Under the pieces are notes generated by a model. The model made no database searches and was not told the origin of the DNA. It saw nothing but the letters and a program-made list of their open reading frames with translations. From the NCBI GenBank assembly GCA_048550195.1, contig JBLYYR010000051.1:1-57432 (forward strand): a stretch of DNA of 57,432 nucleotides. Reading direction: 5' to 3'. Source of the stretch: Arenicellales bacterium. Its GTDB lineage: Bacteria > Pseudomonadota > Gammaproteobacteria > BMS3Bbin11. The translations under genes were made by a program, and so were the position numbers. This document shows positions 45,786 to 54,575 of the stretch, one piece after another. The first letter of the stretch is position 1, and each line of letters begins with the position of its first letter.

Positions 45786-46526
45786 TCAAACTTTCTCTAC
45801 CCACCCCGGCAACAGCTGTCCCGCCGTTCTCAATTCTGCCCTATGCTGGTCACATTTCGGGTCAAATTTTTTCATTAGTGCCCAGAAGCGATCGGAATGA
45901 TTCATTTCCCGAGTATGAACCAACTCATGCAATAACACATGATCAACCAGATAAGAAGGCAAAAATAGCATTTTGAAATTAAGGCTGATATTTCCCTGTA
46001 TTGAGCAGGATCCCCAGCGTGTTTTCTGACCACGTATTGAAAGCCTGTTCCACTCTAGTCCAGTGGTTTTAGAAATCCCATCCAGCCGTACCGAGAATTC
46101 TTCGCGTGCCTGCGTTACCAACCAGCACCGCAGGTTCTGAAACAGCTGTTTTTCCGATGGATTTTTACAAACCAGCTTGAGTGTTTCAGCAACCACTATG
46201 CGCCTGTTCTGAGTCCCTGCATGTCGGCTTATATGATACCGCCGCTGCGTGCAAAGCAGGTCAATACTAGCTGGGAACCCGGGCTTATCAATCTGTTCTC
46301 CGTGCCGCTGCAGTACTGCGTTTTTTTGCAGATTCCGTTCTATCCAATGCCTTTTACTGAGCACAAAAGCCAGCCACTGATCTTCTCGTGTCCGGCTGGG
46401 AACAACTATCAATAAAGAGCGATCAGGCCTGAGTTCAATACGAATTCGTTTTGCACGTGGCGACCGGCGCAAATGACAGCGTGAAACGCCTGCTACAGAA
46501 ACACCATCTAACGATAAATCAGCCAT
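45786..46526 (-). CDS. YgjP-like metal-dependent hydrolase (DUF45/M48-like)
   Basis: HELVHTREMNHS HEXXH motif. ATG at 46526 (the listed start at 46565 is TTG). Confidence 0.8.
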   Translation of the reverse strand: MADLSLDGVSVAGVSRCHLRRSPRAKRIRIELRPDRSLLIVVPSRTREDQWLAFVLSKRHWIERNLQKNAVLQRHGEQIDKPGFPASIDLLCTQRRYHISRHAGTQNRRIVVAETLKLVCKNPSEKQLFQNLRCWLVTQAREEFSVRLDGISKTTGLEWNRLSIRGQKTRWGSCSIQGNISLNFKMLFLPSYLVDHVLLHELVHTREMNHSDRFWALMKKFDPKCDQHRAELRTAGQLLPGWVEKV

Positions 46527-46650
46527 ATGACCGGTTTCCTTTCTGGTTCCTGAGAAATAATGCAAGCTGAGCTGCCATTAATTCTATCAATATCCCTTAT
46601 ACTGTTGCTCTTAATCTCTTTTTTCATTGCTGCCAGAGAAATATCTATTT

Positions 46651-47490
46651 ATGGAACCCGTTGACTTAATCGCCGATCTTCACTGCCACTCGACTGCATC
46701 GGATGGCACCTTGCCGCCTGCAGAGGTGGTCGCTCGAGCCGCAGGCAACGAGGTCGATATCCTGGCACTTACTGATCATGATACCACTGCCGGGCTGGAT
46801 GAGGCATATCGCTGTGCAGAAGAAAATGATATCAGGCTGATTCCTGGCATAGAGCTTTCTGCTACCTGGCAGGGAAAGTTGCTGCACATAGTAGGACTCG
46901 ATATTGATCCTGAGTATCCGCCACTAAAACAGGGAGTCCAGATGTTGAAAGACCTGCGAGAGGAGCGGGCCATAGAAATGGGCAGACGCCTGGCGAAGGC
47001 GGGTTACCACAACGCCTATGAAAATGCTCGACGCCTGGCAGGAGAAGGAAATGTCACGCGCACACATTTCGCACGCCACTTAATTGAAGCTGGCGTGGCT
47101 AAAGATTTCACTGATGTATTCCAGCGGTTCCTGGTGCGTAACAAGCCAGGGTATTACCGCGTTGACTGGTCATCTATGGAAGATGCCGTTACATGGATAA
47201 CCGGTGCAGGCGGTATTGCAGTTGTCGCACACCCGCTACGTTATAAACTGACTGCCGGCTGGCTCAATCGTGTCCTTGCTGCATTCAAAGAGGCCGGCGG
47301 AGAAGGTATCGAGGTCATCTGCGGACGAAATACCCCAGATGATAACGCCCGCAGCGCCCTGTTTGCCCGTAAACATGGTCTGCTCGCATCACAGGGATCA
47401 GATTTTCATGAACCGGGTAAATGGGTGGAACTCGGCAGGCTGGCAAAATTACCAGACAGCCTTGAACCTGTTTGGCAAAGATGGGTTTAG
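46651..47490 (+). CDS. PHP-domain phosphoesterase (TrpH/YciV-like)
   Basis: DLHCHSTASDG and LALTDHDT motifs. ATG at 46651 (the listed start at 46627 is TTG). Confidence 0.8.
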   Translation: MEPVDLIADLHCHSTASDGTLPPAEVVARAAGNEVDILALTDHDTTAGLDEAYRCAEENDIRLIPGIELSATWQGKLLHIVGLDIDPEYPPLKQGVQMLKDLREERAIEMGRRLAKAGYHNAYENARRLAGEGNVTRTHFARHLIEAGVAKDFTDVFQRFLVRNKPGYYRVDWSSMEDAVTWITGAGGIAVVAHPLRYKLTAGWLNRVLAAFKEAGGEGIEVICGRNTPDDNARSALFARKHGLLASQGSDFHEPGKWVELGRLAKLPDSLEPVWQRWV

Positions 47491-47930
47491 TAATCAAATC
47501 AACGCGTTAAATTCAATACCCATGTTATTCGCCTTTTTATATTTCTGTTATGTAACATTTGTCACCGACGACCTCAAAATAGATAGGAAAAATCTGTAGC
47601 TAATCAGGGAAATCCCTGATTAAGACCTGCAGCCTTATTTGTGGCCATAAAGATATTAACAATTTCAATAACAAATATATTAAGTGAAACGGGTTTCAGA
47701 TTCAGCATAGGCCCTGAACGGCTGGTTGTGCACCAGACTGCTCAGACTCATCAAACAAATATCAACGGGATTTATTCGCTACAGAGTCATCTCACGACCA
47801 TCTTTCGCCAGTAAAAAAGAAAGAGTGGAGCAGTAAAGAGAGTAAAAGCGACTTGCTGCTAAGAGTGCTATGATCTACCCCACCCAGGGGACTTCCTGGT
47901 TTCATTTTCCTGAAACTGCACCGAGCTTCT

Positions 47931-48143
47931 ATGAGTCTGAACGAAGAAGAAATACAGCAAGCACGCTATGATCTCATCGAATTGAGGATCGAACACAGCG
48001 ACCTTGACCATGCCATTGATCTGATGCTGCAAAATTCCTACGTTGACCAGCTGCGTCTGCGGCGCATGAAAAAACGCAAACTTAAACTGAAAGACAGCAT
48101 TCAGCTCCTTGAAAGCATGGTCATCCCTGACATGGATGCCTGA
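47931..48143 (+). CDS. YdcH/DUF465-like small protein
   Basis: 70 aa helical protein with a LRRMKKRKLKLKD motif. Confidence 0.6.
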   Translation: MSLNEEEIQQARYDLIELRIEHSDLDHAIDLMLQNSYVDQLRLRRMKKRKLKLKDSIQLLESMVIPDMDA

Positions 48144-48178
48144 TACGGCTTTTCCGCACATAATTATCAGAAACGCGA

Positions 48179-48496
48179 ATGAGTGAAATACTTGGACTGG
48201 CTTTCATGCTACTGATCATTTTCATCTGGTACAGAAATCTTACCGTCCGCGAGCTGGCTGTGATGCATTCAAGCAGGGCGTGCAGAGAACAGGACTTCCA
48301 GCTACTTGACGACAGTGTACACCTGTCGGGACTTGGGTTAACACGTGGCCCTGACCAGCGGCGCTGCCTGCGACGAAAATTCCGCTTTGCCTACTCCAGC
48401 GATCATATTCACCGCAGCAGCGGCGTTGTTATCATGCTCGGTGACCACCTTGAGAGTATTGTTTTTTCATCACCGCCCAAATCACTGGAAGCATAA
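48179..48496 (+). CDS. Small membrane-anchored protein (DUF3301-like)
   Basis: 105 aa with an N-terminal TM helix. The family assignment is from memory only. Confidence 0.5.
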   Translation: MSEILGLAFMLLIIFIWYRNLTVRELAVMHSSRACREQDFQLLDDSVHLSGLGLTRGPDQRRCLRRKFRFAYSSDHIHRSSGVVIMLGDHLESIVFSSPPKSLEA

Positions 48497-48516
48497 AAAA
48501 GTCGTTCCACGCATTT

Positions 48517-49116
48517 ATGAAACAAACAATTGCCTACACTATTGAAGACCGCTGTTATCTGAGCATTACTGACCGCTGCACTCTGGCCTGCAAATTCTGT
48601 CCCAAGACGAAGGGAAGCATGCAGGTTCATGAATACGACCTGAGCTTCGATCATCGCCCGGAAACAGAGGAAATAATTGCGGCCGTCGGCAACGTCAGTG
48701 ACTTTTCCTGGATCGTCTTCTGTGGGTTTGGTGAGCCGACGCTACGATTGAAAACATTGCTTGAGGTTGCACGATACATCAAACAACAGGGCGGCCGCGT
48801 ACGGCTGAATACTGATGGTCTGGCCAACCTGGTCCACAAGCGCAATGTATTACCGGAAATGTCTGAATTTATCGATGCCCTGTCAGTTTCACTCAATGCT
48901 CATAATGAAGCCACCTATATTCAGCATTGCGCCCCTGCACTGGAAAACTCGTGGCAAGCTATGCTGGACTTTCTGGAACTCGCACCCGCCTTCATACCGG
49001 ATGTAACCGCTACGGCTATCAATGGCCTTGATGGGGCTGATATTGCAGCCTGCCGTCAACTGGCAGATGAACGTGGAGTCAAATTCAAGCAACGGGAACT
49101 GGACAGCGTGGGATAG
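48517..49116 (+). CDS. Small radical SAM protein (TatD-associated type)
   Basis: CTLACKFC (CX3CX2C) motif and FCGFGEPT; 199 aa. Confidence 0.75.
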   Translation: MKQTIAYTIEDRCYLSITDRCTLACKFCPKTKGSMQVHEYDLSFDHRPETEEIIAAVGNVSDFSWIVFCGFGEPTLRLKTLLEVARYIKQQGGRVRLNTDGLANLVHKRNVLPEMSEFIDALSVSLNAHNEATYIQHCAPALENSWQAMLDFLELAPAFIPDVTATAINGLDGADIAACRQLADERGVKFKQRELDSVG

Positions 49117-49141
49117 AAAAAGCAGTTCCAGGAAAGAAAAA

Positions 49142-49175
49142 CTTAGTGTCCTTTGTGACTTAGTGTCCTTTGTGG
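49142..49175. repeat. Tandem duplication of a 17-bp unit
   Basis: CTTAGTGTCCTTTGTGA at 49142-49158 is followed by CTTAGTGTCCTTTGTGG at 49159-49175. Confidence 0.85.
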
Positions 49176-49199
49176 TTGAAGCTTTTCAATTTTATTAAC

Positions 49200-49228
49200 A
49201 AAAAAAGCCGCCATATAAGGCGGCTTTT
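49200..49228. terminator. Bidirectional rho-independent terminator
   Basis: AAAAAAA-GCCGCC-ATATAA-GGCGGC-TTTT, between the convergent radical SAM and cytochrome c4 genes. Confidence 0.7.
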
Positions 49229-49250
49229 ACAATAAGTTGATTTTTTCGAC

Positions 49251-49874
49251 TTACTTCAGGCCCTGCGTATACAGTGACAACTGTTTGATCTGGTCGTTAG
49301 AAAGCAGGAATGCAATCGGGTTCATCATATAATGCTCGCGTGTGCCATCTTTGAATGCATGCAGCTGTTTTTCTGTGTAAGCAGCATTCTGTCCGGAAAG
49401 ACTAGGGTACTGTACCGGGATACCTGCACCTGACGGTCCGTGACAGCTCATGCATGCCGAGATGTTCATTTTCCGATAACCACCGCGGTAGATTTTTTCA
49501 CCTTCCAGGGCTGCAGCTTCGTCTTCCTTGCTGACACCCACTTTGCCAGCGGGAAGACTGGAATAGTAGGCATCAATATCAGCCATGTCTTCATCACTAA
49601 GTGCTGCAACCATGCCTGCCATGATCGGATCTTTGCGTCTACCATCCTTGAATGCCTTTAATTGGCTAAAGATATAACCTGGCACCTGGTCTGCTAGCCG
49701 AGGGTTGAGTGGTGCATCTTTTATACCGTTTCCATCAGCACCGTGGCATGCAGCACACGCTGCTGTTTTGCCTTTACCACTTTCAACATTGCCATGTGAA
49801 GCATGCGTTGCATGAGCCACGCCAGCAATAATCATGCCCGCAACCGCCATAGACAAGACCAGTATATTTTTCAT
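49251..49874 (-). CDS. cc4: Diheme cytochrome c4
   Basis: Signal peptide plus CAACHGADGNG and CMSCHGPSGAG. It is divergent from engB, as in pseudomonads. Confidence 0.85.
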   Translation of the reverse strand: MKNILVLSMAVAGMIIAGVAHATHASHGNVESGKGKTAACAACHGADGNGIKDAPLNPRLADQVPGYIFSQLKAFKDGRRKDPIMAGMVAALSDEDMADIDAYYSSLPAGKVGVSKEDEAAALEGEKIYRGGYRKMNISACMSCHGPSGAGIPVQYPSLSGQNAAYTEKQLHAFKDGTREHYMMNPIAFLLSNDQIKQLSLYTQGLK

Positions 49875-50046
49875 CGAACTACTCCTGAAGATTTTTTCCG
49901 GGTATCAGACCACATTGCCAACCCGAAACTGTGTGCCGCTTTATATATCAATGGCGCTCTCAGGTCAATTTTAGAATTTCCTTATATAGCTATTTTATCG
50001 ACTTATTACTTATCATAATTCCTTGCAGAATCTGACATAACAAGAC

Positions 50047-50084
50047 AAGAATCTTCGTGATAGCTAGCTATTGCGAAGATTCTT
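50047..50084. repeat. 38-nt near-perfect palindrome in the cc4/engB divergent region
   Basis: AAGAATCTTCG at 50047-50057 pairs with CGAAGATTCTT at 50074-50084. The centre contains the palindrome ATAGCTAGCTAT. Confidence 0.6.
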
Positions 50085-50208
50085 AACGCAGAAAGGGTTG
50101 GCTTTGGATACTAGATGATTATTCATGGAATAATAGAGGCGCCCGTAATGTGAGATACTTCAGGTTATTGCCAATACAACATGCCAACAACAAAACCGTA
50201 AAACAACC

Positions 50209-50814
50209 ATGGAACGACTGCCAGCCCAGCCTGCATTCATCAAGGGTGCCTATACATTACAGCAGCTGCCCGATGATACCGGAGTAGAAGTCGCCTTTGC
50301 CGGCCGTTCGAATGTCGGGAAATCAAGCACCCTTAACACGCTGGCAGGCGTCAAATCTCTGGCACGTACCAGCAAGACCCCGGGTCGGACTCAGGAAATC
50401 AATTTTTTTGACCTCGGCAATGACCGCCGTCTGGTTGATCTGCCGGGCTATGGGTATGCAAAAGTCTCAGAGGCCAAGCAGCGCCATTGGGCTGAAACCC
50501 TTGGTGAATACTTACTATCAAGGAAAAGCCTGGTCGGCCTGATACTCTTAATGGATATCAGACACCCACTAAAAGAATACGATCGCAATATGGTTCACTG
50601 GTGTACAGCCGCTGACCTGCCCATATATGTGATATTGAACAAGTCAGATAAGCTCAGCAGAGGAAAAGCGGGTGCGATTTTACTCGATGTAAAGCGACAA
50701 CTTTCTGAATACCCTATCGAAGGAATACAGCTGTTTTCCAGTCTAAAGCGCACCGGTGTGGATACAGCTCTACAGCAGCTGTGTTTATGGCTGGATTTAC
50801 CCTGTAGCAGGTAG
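50209..50814 (+). CDS. engB: Ribosome biogenesis GTP-binding protein YihA/EngB
   Basis: GRSNVGKSS P-loop, DLPGYGYA and NKSDK motifs. Confidence 0.9.
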   Translation: MERLPAQPAFIKGAYTLQQLPDDTGVEVAFAGRSNVGKSSTLNTLAGVKSLARTSKTPGRTQEINFFDLGNDRRLVDLPGYGYAKVSEAKQRHWAETLGEYLLSRKSLVGLILLMDIRHPLKEYDRNMVHWCTAADLPIYVILNKSDKLSRGKAGAILLDVKRQLSEYPIEGIQLFSSLKRTGVDTALQQLCLWLDLPCSR

Positions 50815-50819
50815 ACAGC

Positions 50820-51242
50820 TCAGTCACCTTCAACATCATCAACATCCAGCTGGCCCGTCATTCTACGGCGTATATGAGACCAGGACATACCTGTTGCCAG
50901 TACTACTGATAACACAACCAGCAAAATATACTGGAAAAACGTCGGATTGCTGACAGAGAGTAGCCCAAAATCTACCAGCATCCAGATGAGGCTGGCAACA
51001 AAGGCCAAAGCAAGAATAATCCCAAAGATACCCAGTGAACGCGCCGTTGCGCGGAGATATATGACCCATCCGATTAACAGCACTACACCGCTAAACAGAA
51101 TTAGCGGGTCAAACCGATCAGTAGCGTTACTCACCCAGTGATACCAGGAATATCCTGATGGATTGTAACTGGCAAGGACAAGAATCATTGCGGCTATCAG
51201 CCTGAGAAGAAAATCAAAAAAATTAAATCGTTGTGCGGCCAT
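50820..51242 (-). CDS. Four-helix membrane protein, unknown function
   Basis: 140 aa hydrophobic ORF with an acidic C-terminus. Confidence 0.5.
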   Translation of the reverse strand: MAAQRFNFFDFLLRLIAAMILVLASYNPSGYSWYHWVSNATDRFDPLILFSGVVLLIGWVIYLRATARSLGIFGIILALAFVASLIWMLVDFGLLSVSNPTFFQYILLVVLSVVLATGMSWSHIRRRMTGQLDVDDVEGD

Positions 51243-51658
51243 TTCTAAGTCCAGTTAACTTTCAGGGCTGCAAGGCTAACAGCAGGCGGAGATAGATTCC
51301 AGCTAGATTAAGGTCTTCTGTTAAGCCACCAAATTTGCGGAGACAGCAACCTGCCTCTGTCCATTTTCAGGCAAGTACTCACATAAAGCGCTCCGTTTAT
51401 CCTTGATACATATCTAAAAACTGGCCGATGATTGGACATAAACGTGGAATTCCGTTACTGTCCTACCCGCAACAACAGCCCGAACCACCATTTGGGAGGA
51501 GAAAGGGTCGGCAACAGACCCGACAAAATTCCGGTTAAAAGGAAAAAATCTTGAGTATTTTTTCCCATTGACTGGAATTTTTTTTGCCAGATACACCCCG
51601 CCAGGAAGTTTCTGAATTCACCGTATTAGTCATCTTTCCACGCTGCTAGAATACACCG

Positions 51659-52813
51659 ATGGACACCGAATCAGGCCAACAACGCAAGATTGCAAGCAAG
51701 CGGGCTACCTTTGCCAGCATAATTGTCAATACACTACTCTCCGCTGGACAAATTTTTCTCGGCATCGTCGGTAACTCCCAGGCTCTAGTGGCTGATGGAG
51801 TCCATACCTTATCTGACCTCTCGACAGATGCCCTGGTTCTCTATGCCATCTGGCATGGCAGCAAAGAAGCCGATGATGACCATCCCTATGGCCATGGCCG
51901 CATTGAAACTGCCGCCACAGTTTTTCTGGGTTTACTGCTCGCCTTTGTCGGTGCAGCGATTGCTATCAATGCTGCGTTGCGGCTCTCTGAGCCGGCAACG
52001 ATCCTGACACCGGCACCCATCACCCTGCTGATGGCTGTGATCACCATATTCAGCAAGGAAGGTCTCTATCGCTACACCATAGTCATTGCGACCCGCTATA
52101 AATCCACTATTCTGCGTGCCAATGCCTGGCATCACCGCAGCGATGCTATTTCCTCAATTGTTGTCCTGATTGGTATTGGTGGCAGCATCATGGGACTGCC
52201 CTATTTTGATTCCCTTGCTGCCATAGGCCTTGGCACGATGATTATTCGTATGGGTCTGCTGCTAAGCTGGAAGGCCCTTAAAGAGCTGATTGATACGGCA
52301 CTCAGTCAAGAGGAAGTAGCAGCCATCCGGCAGGCAATCATCAATATAGACGGCGTGGTTGACCTGCATATGCTGCGCTCACGTCTAATGGGAGGACGCG
52401 CCCTGATCGATGTTCACCTGCAGGTAGATGGCAATATCAGCGTCTCTGAGGGACACCAGATTTCTGAATTCGTACGACAGCGCCTCATTAATGACTTTGA
52501 AAGCGTTGATGAAGTGCTGGTTCATATTGACCCCGAAGACGATAAAGTCAGCATGGCAAATGTCGATCTTCCGCTGCGCAGTGAAATGACGACACTTATA
52601 AATGAGGCTATTGCAGGCATTGACGGCTCAACAGCTGCCGAGAAAATCACCCTGCATTATCTCGAGGGCAGCATCAATGTCGACCTGACTTTCCCGACCA
52701 TCGCAAACACCACCGATGAGAAACGTCAGATGATTGCCAGGAAGGTGGTAGAAACCCTGCACCAGAACCCGAATATCGGCAGTATTGAGGTCTTCTTCCA
52801 CTGTTTGCATTGA
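51659..52813 (+). CDS. Cation diffusion facilitator family transporter with extended C-terminus
   Basis: Six TM helices with HTLSDLSTD and HHRSDAISS motifs. The cytoplasmic domain carries an extra C-terminal extension. Confidence 0.85.
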   Translation: MDTESGQQRKIASKRATFASIIVNTLLSAGQIFLGIVGNSQALVADGVHTLSDLSTDALVLYAIWHGSKEADDDHPYGHGRIETAATVFLGLLLAFVGAAIAINAALRLSEPATILTPAPITLLMAVITIFSKEGLYRYTIVIATRYKSTILRANAWHHRSDAISSIVVLIGIGGSIMGLPYFDSLAAIGLGTMIIRMGLLLSWKALKELIDTALSQEEVAAIRQAIINIDGVVDLHMLRSRLMGGRALIDVHLQVDGNISVSEGHQISEFVRQRLINDFESVDEVLVHIDPEDDKVSMANVDLPLRSEMTTLINEAIAGIDGSTAAEKITLHYLEGSINVDLTFPTIANTTDEKRQMIARKVVETLHQNPNIGSIEVFFHCLH

Positions 52814-53027
52814 AACTACTGTCTGCATTTGTATTTGCGCACTAATCTGGTGCAAAATGACGCCTCATTTAATTTTACCCGTGCCTGGATGTATTAAATT
52901 CAGGCATTTGCGCAACGGGCACAGGTCTTAATTGGAAAGAATACTCTATCAAGGCCTTATTGAGATTATTAAAACCATTTCGTATAACCGTGCTATTTGC
53001 ACACTAGATATATAAAAGAGGAAATCA

Positions 53028-54434
53028 ATGTCCGCCGAAATTTTGAAAATTATCAAGGACAACGGGGTCAAGTTTGTTGACTTTCGTTTTACAGATACCC
53101 ACGGAAAAGAACAGCACGTTTCAGTACCTTCTCACACAGTGAGCGAAAGTACCTTCGAAGATGGGAAAATGTTTGACGGCTCGTCTATCGCCGGTTGGAA
53201 AGGTATTAATGAATCAGACATGATCCTGATGCCCGACCCGTCAACAGCGGTTATGGATCCTTTCTTTGATGATCCGACACTGATCATCCGTTGCGATATT
53301 CTCGAGCCGGCTACCGGTGAAGGTTATGAAAGAGACCCTCGCTCGATTGCCCATCGCGCTGAATCCTATCTGAAATCCACCGGTGTCGCTGACACCGCCT
53401 ATTTCGGGCCGGAACCTGAATTTTTTGTCTTCGACGATGTTCGTTGGGGCAATGACATGAGAGGTTCTTTCTTCAAAATCGATTCCGATGAATCATCCTG
53501 GAACTCAGAAAAAGTATTTGAAGACGGCAATATCGGTCACCGTCCTGGTGTAAAAGGCGGTTATTTCCCGGTACCACCCGTTGACTCGCTTCAGGATTTG
53601 CGCTCTGCCATGTGCCTGACCATGGAAGACATGGGTGTTGAAGTTGAAGTTCACCACCACGAAGTCGCAACGGCCGGCCAATGTGAAATCGGTACTCGCT
53701 TCAACACACTGGTAAAGCGTGCTGATGAAAATCAAATCCTGAAGTACTGTGTCCACAACATTGCACACGCCTATGGTAAAACAGCAACATTCATGCCCAA
53801 ACCTGTCGTCGGCGACAATGGCAATGGTATGCATGTCCATATGTCTCTGGCAAAAGATGGCAACAATATCTTTTCGGGTGATGAATACGGCGGGCTGTCT
53901 GAAACTGCACTTTACTACATCGGCGGAATAATAAAGCACGCCAAGGCACTGAATGCCTTTACCAATGCCTCCACCAACAGCTACAAGCGTCTGGTTCCCG
54001 GTTTCGAAGCGCCTGTGATGCTGGCATATTCTGCTCGCAACCGCTCTGCATCTATCCGCATTCCCTTCGACAGCAACCCTAAAGGGCGCCGCATCGAAGT
54101 GCGCTTCCCTGATCCTACCGCCAACCCGTACCTGGCATTCTCTGCACTGATGATGGCCGGCCTTGATGGCATCATTAACAAGATCCACCCTGGTGACTCC
54201 ATGGACAAGGATCTGTACGACCTGCCAGCTGAAGAAGAAGCCATGATTCCTCAGGTAGCGAGTTCGTTTGAAGAAGCACTGGCCGCACTGGATAGTGACC
54301 GCGACTTCCTTAAAGCCGGCGGCGTATTCACAGATGATGTGATCGACAGCTTCATAGACCTGAAAATGGAGGAAGTCACACAGTTGCGCATGAGTACTCA
54401 CCCTGTTGAGTTCGATCTCTACTACAGCTGCTGA
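53028..54434 (+). CDS. glnA: Glutamine synthetase type I
   Basis: 468 aa with typical GSI motifs ([33 protein letters not shown]) and the adenylylation-region Tyr context (DKDLYDLP). Confidence 0.97.
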   Translation: MSAEILKIIKDNGVKFVDFRFTDTHGKEQHVSVPSHTVSESTFEDGKMFDGSSIAGWKGINESDMILMPDPSTAVMDPFFDDPTLIIRCDILEPATGEGYERDPRSIAHRAESYLKSTGVADTAYFGPEPEFFVFDDVRWGNDMRGSFFKIDSDESSWNSEKVFEDGNIGHRPGVKGGYFPVPPVDSLQDLRSAMCLTMEDMGVEVEVHHHEVATAGQCEIGTRFNTLVKRADENQILKYCVHNIAHAYGKTATFMPKPVVGDNGNGMHVHMSLAKDGNNIFSGDEYGGLSETALYYIGGIIKHAKALNAFTNASTNSYKRLVPGFEAPVMLAYSARNRSASIRIPFDSNPKGRRIEVRFPDPTANPYLAFSALMMAGLDGIINKIHPGDSMDKDLYDLPAEEEAMIPQVASSFEEALAALDSDRDFLKAGGVFTDDVIDSFIDLKMEEVTQLRMSTHPVEFDLYYSC

Positions 54435-54456
54435 GTTCGGCCTGCCAGCCTGATAC

Positions 54457-54486
54457 AAACGCCTCTATACGGGGCGTTTTGTTTTT
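54457..54486 (+). terminator. Rho-independent terminator after glnA
   Basis: AAACGCC at 54457-54463 pairs with GGCGTTT at 54473-54479, followed by TTTTGTTTTT. Confidence 0.7.
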
Positions 54487-54502
54487 CTGACGCCTAAAAA
54501 AA

Positions 54503-54567
54503 GTTTCAAGTTTCAAGACTAATAGAAACCCCGAAAACTTGAAACTTGAAACTTGAAACTTGAAACT
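54503..54567. repeat. Heptanucleotide repeat array in inverted arrangement
   Basis: GTTTCAA x2 at 54503-54516, then a spacer of about 20 nt, then ACTTGAA x4 plus ACT at 54537-54567. The arms are complementary. Confidence 0.85.
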
Positions 54568-54575
54568 ACCCATAA

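Noticed and set aside
49142-49175. Possible CRISPR-like or other arrayed repeats (17-bp duplication here and the heptamer array at 54503-54567)
   Set aside because: There are only two copies with no spacers in one case, and a 7-bp microsatellite in the other. No cas genes are present. Neither is a CRISPR array.
51414-51596. 60-aa ORF in the CDF upstream region
   Set aside because: It has no Shine-Dalgarno sequence, an odd composition and no motif. I treated the region as non-coding.
52814-53027. Sigma-54 promoter and NtrC sites upstream of glnA
   Set aside because: I looked for TGGCAC-N5-TTGCA and TGCACC-N5-GGTGCA. Only partial matches exist. One is TGCGCACTAATCTGGTGCA at 52836-52854. The others are ATTTGCGCA / ATTTGCACA repeats, plus GGGCACAGGTCTTAAT, which lacks the -12 GC. 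None is good enough to call.
53505-54458. 317-aa ORF antisense to glnA
   Set aside because: It lies entirely within the strongly supported glnA coding region on the opposite strand. Its sequence has no recognisable motifs. Long antisense open frames are a common by-product of codon bias.
54376-54573. 65-aa minus-strand ORF (MGSFKFQVSSFKFSGF...)
   Set aside because: The periodic FKF peptide is simply the translated heptamer repeat, and the ORF also covers the glnA terminator.
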